DNA of 64,000 nucleotides. Source: a virus (lineage: Duplodnaviria; Caudoviricetes). The notes beneath the pieces were generated by a model, which did not search any database, was not told where the DNA came from, and saw nothing but the letters and a program-made list of their open reading frames with translations. Positions 17,150 through 24,961 of this stretch are shown piece after piece. The number at the start of each line of letters is the position of its first letter. Position 1 is the first letter of the stretch. The position numbers and the translations under genes are program-made. The stretch spans positions 1 to 64,000 of the IMG/VR virus record IMGVR_UViG_3300028591_000141; one strand, given 5' to 3'.

Positions 17150-17362
17150 TACACCCGCTCCGCCACCGCTCCGGGATCCGTTCCCGGGGTGGTTTTTCTT
17201 TGTTCAAATACGCTCGTTTTTGGCTCTCGTCTGTTGTCCTGTTTTCCTACTTAAATCTTCCCTGTTTTGATCTGTTATTTTTGTCTTTACTTATGTCTAT
17301 TTCTACTTGCCACAATCCCCCGTTTATGGTATCATATTTCCATGAAGGGAGGTTTACGCCTT

Positions 17363-17923
17363 ATGAAAATCGGATATGCCCGCGTTTCCACTCAAGACCA
17401 GAACCTGGACCGCCAGCTGGACAACCTCCGCGCCGCCGGTTGCGAACGGATCTTCAATGAGAAGATGACCGGAACGAAATCAGACCGGCCGGAGCTCAAG
17501 ACCATGCTGCTTACGCTCCGCCCCGGTGACATCCTCGTCATCGATTCCTTCTCTCGTCTCAGCCGCTCCACAAAGGACCTGCTTGATCTCGTCGACCGGT
17601 TGACCGGGATGGGCGTCCACCTTGTCAGCCTGAAGGAAAACCTGGACACAACCACGGCCACGGGGAAACTGATGCTGACGATGCTTTCCGCTCTGTCTCA
17701 GTTTGAGCGTGACCTGATCGCTGAGCGCACGGTTGACGGTCTGAAGGCCGCCCGGGCCCGCGGTCGCTGCGGAGGCCGTCCCCGTGCCGGAACGGATAAG
17801 GACCGTCAGCAGGCGCTGGCCATGTACGACGCCAATGTGATGAGTAACGCGGAGATCGCCGCTCATTTCAACGTATCGCAATCGACGCTCAGCCGCTGGA
17901 TCCGCAGCAGGAAGCAGGGATAA
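17363..17923 (+). CDS. Small serine recombinase (resolvase/invertase)
   Basis: 'KIGYARVSTQDQNLDRQ...DRPEL...SRLSRS', C-terminal HTH; AT-rich upstream region 17200-17340 (possible res site). Confidence 0.93.
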   Translation: MKIGYARVSTQDQNLDRQLDNLRAAGCERIFNEKMTGTKSDRPELKTMLLTLRPGDILVIDSFSRLSRSTKDLLDLVDRLTGMGVHLVSLKENLDTTTATGKLMLTMLSALSQFERDLIAERTVDGLKAARARGRCGGRPRAGTDKDRQQALAMYDANVMSNAEIAAHFNVSQSTLSRWIRSRKQG

Positions 17924-17944
17924 TCCCCCTGCTTCTTTTTTTAT
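17911..17944 (+). terminator. Intrinsic terminator after resolvase
   Basis: GAAGCAGGG...CCCTGCTTC followed by TTTTTTT. Confidence 0.7.
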
Positions 17945-18025
17945 ACCCTGAAGCAACCTGTCACGTCGTAAGGTATATATATTATTATTTATTCGTATAA
18001 GTAGTATATATACCCATGCCCAGGC

Positions 18026-18580
18026 TCACTCGTCCTCGTCCGGGATCGCTTCCTCCAAACGCTTGCGTGCCTGTTCCGCATCCAGTCCCTGCATCGGATT
18101 GTTCGGTGTGACCACCACGTCCGTCTGGTCCTTGTAAGCATGGTTGTTTTTGAGCAAAAATATTGCCGCGACCGGATTGATTTTTCCGTCAGCCATAGTC
18201 TGAGTCAATAGCTGGTTCATTATGCTATAGGCTTTTTTTATAGCGTAACGAGACCGCTCTGGTATATTTCCACATTCCACATTGTTTGACCACCGCCACA
18301 ACTGCATTCTATTCGTATTAAAAGCAAGAGCCAACGACTCAACGGTAGGCTTCATATCGTGTTTAATCATATATTTAAGGGTCTTATTAATTCGTTCTTC
18401 AACAGCATCAGGATCGTTAATATCAACTGGCCCAAAGCTTGACAAACTCACAGCGTCCGTAATCATACGAGCCATATCTCCAGGTTCGTACTGTGGTAAG
18501 TATTCTTCGCTTCGTTTTGGCCGTTTGTGTTTCTGTTTTGACACGATATCAACAACTTTATTTTCCGTGTCCTTATCCAT
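18026..18580 (-). CDS. terS: Terminase small subunit (P22 gp3-like)
   Basis: 'PTVESLALAF..NRMQLWRW' HTH; 'AAIFLLKNNHAYKD'. Confidence 0.8.
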   Translation of the reverse strand: MDKDTENKVVDIVSKQKHKRPKRSEEYLPQYEPGDMARMITDAVSLSSFGPVDINDPDAVEERINKTLKYMIKHDMKPTVESLALAFNTNRMQLWRWSNNVECGNIPERSRYAIKKAYSIMNQLLTQTMADGKINPVAAIFLLKNNHAYKDQTDVVVTPNNPMQGLDAEQARKRLEEAIPDEDE

Positions 18581-19304
18581 TCCGGTTAGCCTCCTTCCAT
18601 GCCATATACTTTTTATATTCCTGCTCTGTGTACAGGTGTGTTGCGGGACAATGTGAGTCTACCCACAGTTCGAACCCGTGTACGGCAGCCCGAACGCAGA
18701 AGTGACGATCCTCTCCGTAGAGTGCTCGCTGAATGTTCGGGATGTGTGTGTAGTCAACGCCGGATTCGAGCACTTTGCGTTTAACGAGTGTGCATGCGCC
18801 GGTCATTCCGCACTGGTAGAGTCCCGGGTTATGCCATTCATTGAGCATACCGGATCCCTGGTCGAACATCCATGCGTTGCACCATGTGTGGATATCTTTT
18901 GATGTAGACCAGAATATTTCCGACACGATGTCCTTGTCTGCGTCGAGCAGGAAGCGGAGCGTGTCCTGGTGCAGCACGAGGTCAGTGTCCACGGAGAACC
19001 AGTAGTCATACCCGTGATCGAGTGCGTGCTGGATGGTCATGTTCCGGAGCGCTTCCATTGCGCGCATGTTTGAGTCGGACCAGATATGGTCGTTATGGGT
19101 TTTACTGTATGCTTCGCCCGTATTGTGAACGATATATTTGTCAGATTCGCGCAGGCATGGGATCAATTCAGGACAGTCATTGATGACGTAAAACGTGTCG
19201 AGTGTGAATCCATCCGGGACGATCAGTCTGTCAATTGAGTCACGGTATTCATTGAATATTTTTGGTTCCTGCCGTGCGGGAGCGGTAATAAGTATTTTTT
19301 TCAT
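18573..19304 (-). CDS. GT-A fold glycosyltransferase
   Basis: 'LRN...DYWFSVDTD...GACTLV...GEDRHFC'. Confidence 0.8.
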   Translation of the reverse strand: MKKILITAPARQEPKIFNEYRDSIDRLIVPDGFTLDTFYVINDCPELIPCLRESDKYIVHNTGEAYSKTHNDHIWSDSNMRAMEALRNMTIQHALDHGYDYWFSVDTDLVLHQDTLRFLLDADKDIVSEIFWSTSKDIHTWCNAWMFDQGSGMLNEWHNPGLYQCGMTGACTLVKRKVLESGVDYTHIPNIQRALYGEDRHFCVRAAVHGFELWVDSHCPATHLYTEQEYKKYMAWKEANRNG

Positions 19305-19921
19305 TAGATCTCACCTCGCTTGTGAAGGTCCGAGAGTGAACCTGGTCGCATGAAGTTATAGTAATACATTGGGAGTGCTGTCCAACTTCCTATAGGTTTA
19401 CGTTCAAGCAGTTTAGTTAGGAAGCGCACGTCTGAAGAATACTGACCGTCATCGAACCTGGTGTCTCCGATAAATTCCCTGCGCCAGGCATGTCCCGCGA
19501 CCATTTTAATATACGAGCCGGCGGGCTGAAATTTGTAACCGACAGTGCGCCATATGATTCCGAAAATAAGCGCGTCCGACTTACCGTCTTTCAGGCAGTC
19601 GAACATCAGCTGGAGCACGAACTCATGCAGCCACCAGTCATCATCGTCAAGGAACAGTATGTACCGTCCGCGTGCCGCATCGAGTCCTACGTTCCTTGCG
19701 ATTCCGTCTCGGTGAGCGCATGCCTCATACATCCGGATTCTGTCGTCACCATGTGCAATGCATTTAACAATGTCCTGCGTTTTGTCCGTGCAGCTGTCGC
19801 ATACAACAATGATTTCAAAGTCAGTGAAGGACTGGTACAGGCAGGAATCGATTGCTTTTCCGATCCGATCAGCGCCATTGTATGTAGGGATAATGATCGA
19901 GAAGAACGGAGCGTCACTCAT
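19304..19921 (-). CDS. GT2 family glycosyltransferase
   Basis: 'FSIIIPTYN...ARNVGLDAARGRYILFLDDDD'. Confidence 0.9.
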   Translation of the reverse strand: MSDAPFFSIIIPTYNGADRIGKAIDSCLYQSFTDFEIIVVCDSCTDKTQDIVKCIAHGDDRIRMYEACAHRDGIARNVGLDAARGRYILFLDDDDWWLHEFVLQLMFDCLKDGKSDALIFGIIWRTVGYKFQPAGSYIKMVAGHAWRREFIGDTRFDDGQYSSDVRFLTKLLERKPIGSWTALPMYYYNFMRPGSLSDLHKRGEI

Positions 19922-20258
19922 CTTTGTCACCGTCCTTCTTTTCCAGGAAACCGCATTCTTCCATGACTGTGCGGTTGGCACGGCGTATGACCATCCATAT
20001 AACCTTCGTTGGGATGTTATGCTTCAGTGAGTAGTCCTCGACAGCGTACTGATCGTCACCCCAGCGCGTAGTGAAGTACATTTGCAGGATGTCCTGATCA
20101 GACTTCACGAACGACTTCAGGAAAATGTGGTGGCACACGGCATAGATACGCCTGTCAGGCTGGGAGAGTTTATCCCAGTTGAACCCGTCGCGCTGCAGGG
20201 CGAAGTATGTACGCCACATGTGGTTTGCCACGCCGCGCCACCATTCAATGCTCTTCAT
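19914..20258 (-). CDS. Putative late transcription regulator
   Basis: Position before packaging genes; C-terminal HTH-like segment. Confidence 0.4.
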   Translation of the reverse strand: MKSIEWWRGVANHMWRTYFALQRDGFNWDKLSQPDRRIYAVCHHIFLKSFVKSDQDILQMYFTTRWGDDQYAVEDYSLKHNIPTKVIWMVIRRANRTVMEECGFLEKKDGDKDE

Positions 20259-20436
20259 TCACATCACCTCCGTTGTGAGATTTAAGGATATTTACTGCCT
20301 CGTCAAGTTCGCGGATACGTGCGGCCGCCTCACGCACTGTGCGGATACGGTCCTTTGAAAGCATACCGCCCGCTTCCGCCATGATGTCAAGGCGACGCAG
20401 GAGTTCAGGCGTCTTCATTGGCACGATGTTGTTCAT
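20245..20436 (-). CDS. Hypothetical protein
   Basis: Translationally coupled ORF; 'VREAAARIREL'. Confidence 0.55.
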   Translation of the reverse strand: MNNIVPMKTPELLRRLDIMAEAGGMLSKDRIRTVREAAARIRELDEAVNILKSHNGGDVNEEH

Positions 20437-21059
20437 TTTGCATCACTCTCCGGCAACAATGCTTCTGTGTATATAAACTGCCCGATGTGTCCGCATGATA
20501 CAGAACTGTCGCAGTAGATTTGATAACCGAGTTGGTTTACCCTGTAGCAGAAGGATATATCCTCGCTTGCCCACGGGTACGGGGTGAACGCCGGCCCGAA
20601 CTCGTCCCATACATGCTTCAGCAGTTTTGTGGACGTCAGCACGCATCCGAATCCGCATCCTGCGACCTGGAAGAAACTGTCGCGCGGATAGTTTATGTAC
20701 GCGCTGATGTTGGCAACGAGTTTCCCGTCCGCTCCACGTTCCGGTTCCTCCAGTTTGTCATACAGCACAGGCTCCACGGGTTCGTGACGCTTCACGTACA
20801 GTCCGGTTACCATGTCCATGCCGTACGATTCCAGCTTCGTGAGCGTGTTCGGCGGGAAGAGCATGTCCGAGTCGAGCCACAGCACGTCGTCGAAACCATT
20901 CTCGATTGCGTACAGGCTGATCAGGTTGCGGCTGTCGTACACCAGTGAGTTAGGTTTAAAGTATACTGTAGGGTTGTCACCCTTGTGCATGTACAGCAGC
21001 GACTGCACGAACCCGACGGGCAGCATGTCCATGCATGGGATTGCGATGAGTGTTTTCAT
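20433..21059 (-). CDS. GT-A fold glycosyltransferase (paralog of 5710-6354)
   Basis: 'TLIAIPC...SRN...VLWLDSD...GFGCVL...SEDISFC...CGH'. Confidence 0.8.
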   Translation of the reverse strand: MKTLIAIPCMDMLPVGFVQSLLYMHKGDNPTVYFKPNSLVYDSRNLISLYAIENGFDDVLWLDSDMLFPPNTLTKLESYGMDMVTGLYVKRHEPVEPVLYDKLEEPERGADGKLVANISAYINYPRDSFFQVAGCGFGCVLTSTKLLKHVWDEFGPAFTPYPWASEDISFCYRVNQLGYQIYCDSSVSCGHIGQFIYTEALLPESDAK

Positions 21060-21274
21060 AATTTCAACCACCCGTTTTCATTGTTTATTTTTATTATTTC
21101 GTCTACCTCTTCTTTATGATTTTCTAACCACTCTGTCACTGCTTCATGAACAAATTGTGATATAGATGCTTTTTTATCATTCATAAACATTCTCTTTACA
21201 AGTGCCATTACAGCAAGTTTATAATGAAGTTCATGTTCCATTGAAATTGTGAACGTGCTTCGTTTAGCGCTCAT
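21056..21274 (-). CDS. Ribbon-helix-helix-like small regulator
   Basis: 'RSTFTISMEHELHYKL...SISQFVHEAVTEWL'. Confidence 0.5.
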   Translation of the reverse strand: MSAKRSTFTISMEHELHYKLAVMALVKRMFMNDKKASISQFVHEAVTEWLENHKEEVDEIIKINNENGWLKL

Positions 21275-21298
21275 CTTCTTCGTCTCCGTTCTTTTTTT

Positions 21299-21592
21299 AT
21301 ACGGTGTCATACGGTGTGTTTTGAAATCCGTATAACTCTGCAAGCGTTGATTTATAATGGTTTTGAGTATGCTTTATACGGATTATACGGATTATACGGT
21401 GTTATTTTTATCTCATACGCGCGAGAGCGCGGGAAAACTTATATTTTTTCTTTTTTTCTTTGCAAAAAGCGGTATCTGTTCGAGAAAATCCGTATAATCC
21501 GTATAGGGTGTCCGGAGAGCAAGGAAATATAAGGATTTATCGACATACGGTGTGCCTCTCGACACCGTATAGACACCGTATATGCACCGTAT
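21299..21592. repeat. Iteron array ATACGG/CCGTAT (probable phage A origin)
   Basis: About 12 copies in direct and inverted groups around an AT-rich core, directly downstream of the DUF927 gene. Confidence 0.7.
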
Positions 21593-21596
21593 AAAA

Positions 21597-23498
21597 TCAG
21601 AACGGCATGGATTCTGACTCAACAGCAACATATCCTTTGTACTCCTCCTGTTCCGACTTCTCTTCCTCCGGCAGTTTGATCCAGTAGTGCGGCACCTGCT
21701 TGCCGTTGATCACAATGGACCTGGTTGGCCTGTTGTTCTTGCTTCCCGTGCCGTAGAAGGTATCCTTCAGCATGTTCTTCCGTCTTGCCCAGTCAATAAA
21801 TGCGCCGGCTGAGAACCCCTTGTTCTTCAGCAGGTCGTCAAACACACTCTTGTTAATGCATACATAACTGACGCCGTGGTCTTCCTTATACTGCCCCCAG
21901 CACTCGCCCAGGGCAGAGTCAGACGTATCAAACTTACGCGGGTTTGCGGCGCAGAATGCCACCAGCCACTGGTAGCACCGCAGGTTTACGTCTGTTTCTG
22001 TCCTGCTCACAAGGAAGCCCTTGATGTCCTCAACGGTCAGCGCGTGCTTGTCCTTGAAGATCGCCTTCGTGGCAAGCATGTCTGCCGCAAGCAGCACGGA
22101 CGCGGACAGCACCTGCTTGTCGTGTATGTCTTCCTGCATCAGTTCTGAATAGTACTTCCTCTGGAGCGCCCTTACAGCCTCCATAACGCCGTCTTTCCGG
22201 AGCATCTGTATGAACTTCGGACCGGCATGCCCGTAGTTCTCTTTCAGCGTGTTTGCGACAGTTCGCGCATCGTCGAAGAGCGGCAGCCCTCCGTAGTTTA
22301 CCTCGATGGTACGCGCCACTGCGCCGCCTCCGGAGTTGCTCTGCGTGATAGGCATCTCTCCTGTGGTAATGATGCATGAACTCCAGTGTTTCTGAACCTG
22401 GAGCCCGCCTTCCTTTGCGCCGCGTCCCTTGCTTGTTCCTTCGCACAGCATGTAGATCAGGTCGTCAAAGGTTTTCCGGTCTGACACGACCTGAAGTTCG
22501 TCAAACAGGATCGGCAGGTTGCAGCAGAACGACGCATATAACTCCATGCTGACCTTTGTCCCGGAGAACGTCTTGATGTACCTGCCCACGTCAGGATTGC
22601 CCCATACAGACGCGGCCAGCATCAGCCCGACCGTCTTGCCGCATCCGGCCTCTCCCCACAGATGGACAAAGAAAGGAAGCCCGCCCATCACCTGCACGAG
22701 CGGCGCTGCAAAAGCGGCAGCCAGCGCGATCCGTGCCGGCACGCTCTCCGCTTTCCTCACCTCTTTGGCAAGGCTCATCCATGTTTCCTCACTGCCTGTG
22801 GGTTTAAACTCTGTGTACATCCGCAGCAGCTCCGGGCTGTCCCCGTCATAGCTTACGTCCTTAACGTACGGCATGAACTGCCCGTCCTGGAGCCATCCCA
22901 TGTGGCTGACACTGTTCTGCCTGGGCAGCGCGTCATAGTTCAGGCTCTCAAGTTTGCTCATAAATTTAACAACCTCCTTGGCGTTCTCGCTATTCACGTC
23001 CACACCCTGCTTTGACAGTCCGATGATCTTCTGAGCGGAAGCAAGATGCTCACGGGAAACCGTCAGAAATTTCCACGGATCCTGTCCGCGCTGGTATGCG
23101 ATCTCAAGCTTTTCCTCGAACGTTTCAATATTGGTTACACGCTTCACCGGCATCAGCGGATGCGATATAACCTCAACCTCGGCGCCCATCTCATTCAGGC
23201 GTGACACGCCGTACTCATCCGCGACGTACTGTCCGCAGTCCAACTGGGTCGGCTGTTTCGGGAACATCGTCTGGTTGCTGCCAAGGATGGTTGCCTTCGG
23301 ACTTTTGCTTTCGACGTAGGCGTTCCACGTCTTCATGAATCCGGTGACCTTCAGTTCCTTTGCCTTTGCCTGCATCTTCTGCAGCAGGATCTGAAGGATG
23401 AACTTGTTGTCCTTCTGCTCGTACAGCCATTCATATGGCCGTTCGGAAAGAAAGTCTTCAAGCGTCCAGTTAGGGATCAATTGCGTTGCTTCTGACAC
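21597..23498 (-). CDS. DUF927-type replication helicase
   Basis: 'HMGW', 'FFVHLWGEAGCGKT', 'LFDELQ', 'IITTGE', 'ENYGHAG'. Confidence 0.85.
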   Translation of the reverse strand: MSEATQLIPNWTLEDFLSERPYEWLYEQKDNKFILQILLQKMQAKAKELKVTGFMKTWNAYVESKSPKATILGSNQTMFPKQPTQLDCGQYVADEYGVSRLNEMGAEVEVISHPLMPVKRVTNIETFEEKLEIAYQRGQDPWKFLTVSREHLASAQKIIGLSKQGVDVNSENAKEVVKFMSKLESLNYDALPRQNSVSHMGWLQDGQFMPYVKDVSYDGDSPELLRMYTEFKPTGSEETWMSLAKEVRKAESVPARIALAAAFAAPLVQVMGGLPFFVHLWGEAGCGKTVGLMLAASVWGNPDVGRYIKTFSGTKVSMELYASFCCNLPILFDELQVVSDRKTFDDLIYMLCEGTSKGRGAKEGGLQVQKHWSSCIITTGEMPITQSNSGGGAVARTIEVNYGGLPLFDDARTVANTLKENYGHAGPKFIQMLRKDGVMEAVRALQRKYYSELMQEDIHDKQVLSASVLLAADMLATKAIFKDKHALTVEDIKGFLVSRTETDVNLRCYQWLVAFCAANPRKFDTSDSALGECWGQYKEDHGVSYVCINKSVFDDLLKNKGFSAGAFIDWARRKNMLKDTFYGTGSKNNRPTRSIVINGKQVPHYWIKLPEEEKSEQEEYKGYVAVESESMPF

Positions 23499-23806
23499 AT
23501 TCTCTCACCTCCTTCCAATAATTCTTCTATTCCGATCTGTCCCGGCACGTTCTCCGGAACATACTCTCTTTGACCGCGTATCTGCTCAAATACCGGCTTC
23601 TCGTCAGGCAGTGGCAGATTCTTCAGCCCGCACGCGACCCACCTTAAACGCCAATCTGTGGCTTCTGAGTGGGTAAGACCGTACGCCTCGCATTTGTGCA
23701 GGATCCTGTCGTGGTATCTTCCGGAGATCAGGTGCGGGCAGTCCTTGCACGTCCCGTACGCCGTACCGAACCTGGCGTGCATGGCGTCAATCTTCTTGGC
23801 GGTCAT
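23477..23806 (-). CDS. Cys-rich hypothetical protein
   Basis: 'TCKDCPH...KCEAYG...DWR...ACG'. Confidence 0.6.
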   Translation of the reverse strand: MTAKKIDAMHARFGTAYGTCKDCPHLISGRYHDRILHKCEAYGLTHSEATDWRLRWVACGLKNLPLPDEKPVFEQIRGQREYVPENVPGQIGIEELLEGGERMCQKQRN

Positions 23807-24026
23807 GTATTTTCTCCTTCAGCGCAAGCCTTGCTCTTTTCAGCACGCCCTTGTATCCCCATCTCCATGCCCGGCTGTCAGGCTGAATATCAAGCTCCAT
23901 GATTTCCAGCATGATGATGTCCTGTTCAATCCGGGACATCTCCGGATGCAGGAAGAGCTGATCAATCAGTTTTCCTCTGCGGATGGTCGCTTTTTTCTGG
24001 TATTCTTTCCTCTGTTCCAAGTTCAT
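23787..24026 (-). CDS. Hypothetical protein
   Basis: RBS GAGG; overlapping operon arrangement. Confidence 0.5.
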   Translation of the reverse strand: MNLEQRKEYQKKATIRRGKLIDQLFLHPEMSRIEQDIIMLEIMELDIQPDSRAWRWGYKGVLKRARLALKEKIHDRQED

Positions 24027-24090
24027 ACTTTGTCCTCACTTGGCGGTTCCGGCATCGGCATCCAGTGCGTTACGTACTCCATCCTTTTCA

Positions 24091-24501
24091 TTAATCATTT
24101 GACAGTTTGACATCAAACCATCCGCTGACAATGTTCTCCGGATACAATTTGATTTCATATTTGTACTTGTTTACTTCTTTTGTTTCGATCTGCTCAACAA
24201 TGTATGTTGTATCCTTTGACAGGTGGGCATAATTCAGAATGTATTCCCCTGGAGACTTTTCTATCGTAATGTTCAGGTCTCCGTCACTGTCTGTCTTAAT
24301 GGACAGAAGTCCTGTGATCTGCATCATTGTCTTGTCTGTCCGGGTGTTCAGCACTGTGATTCTCCGGCGCACGTTGAAGTCATCTGCCTCACGCTGGAGA
24401 TTGTGCCGGACGTTGTCTGCCTGCCTGCATGAAGACAGGACAAATACCATCACAATCGTAATTAAAACCAGCATTAAAGTCTTCCATTTCTTCATGTTCA
24501 A
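24091..24501 (-). CDS. Phage lipoprotein
   Basis: Signal peptide with lipobox LSSC; 'EADDFNVRRRITVLNTRTD'. Confidence 0.75.
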   Translation of the reverse strand: MNMKKWKTLMLVLITIVMVFVLSSCRQADNVRHNLQREADDFNVRRRITVLNTRTDKTMMQITGLLSIKTDSDGDLNITIEKSPGEYILNYAHLSKDTTYIVEQIETKEVNKYKYEIKLYPENIVSGWFDVKLSND

Positions 24502-24961
24502 ACAGCTCCTTTCAGTGCGTTCACAATATCATTACCTCTGTAAATTACAATCATGCTCGGAAACGGTGCGTTCCATTTCGCGTTTCCGTATTTCAACCTG
24601 CCTCTGACAAACCTGATTTCCGCCTTCCCGTATACATACTCATGAAACCATTTCGTGTCTGTACGCGCTGGAATCAGCATGACCGCAGTACCCCCACTAT
24701 GGAATGTTCAAGGCACTTGCGGCACCATGCGTCCATGCCTTTCCCGTACGGAGGATTGCACCACACTGTCTCGCCGGTCCAGTCATGTAAAAGTCCGTCC
24801 TGTTCCTTCGTGAAGTACCGGCTACATTTCGCGTTCTCTGCCGTTGCGCACACATCCAGGGTGAACCTGAATTCATCGTTCAACCTGTCAAACAAATCCT
24901 TCGGCGTTTCCCATTCATCCGTAGAAGAGGAAAACATGCCGTCGTTCAGGTACTTACTCAA
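24498..24961 (-). CDS. Phage N6-adenine DNA methyltransferase, split by -1 frameshift at G5 (24691-24695)
   Basis: 'DEWETP...FTLDVCA...VWCNPPY' in ORF ending 24674, continued by 'GTAVMLIPARTDTKWFH...APFPS' in -1 frame. Confidence 0.8.

Larger units (their letters stand above)
15544..17172 (-). repeat. Strand-biased cluster of AGCGG / GGAGCGG (Chi-like) motifs
   Basis: Manual count: 19 CCGCT on + (11 as CCGCTCC) versus 1 AGCGG on + in ~1.6 kb. Confidence 0.75.

Noticed and set aside
13768-17923. Integrative mobilisable element or transposon inserted in the phage
   Set aside because: No relaxase, Rep or transposase, and no target duplication seen; operators link it to the flanking minus-strand HTH gene; kept only as an alternative hypothesis
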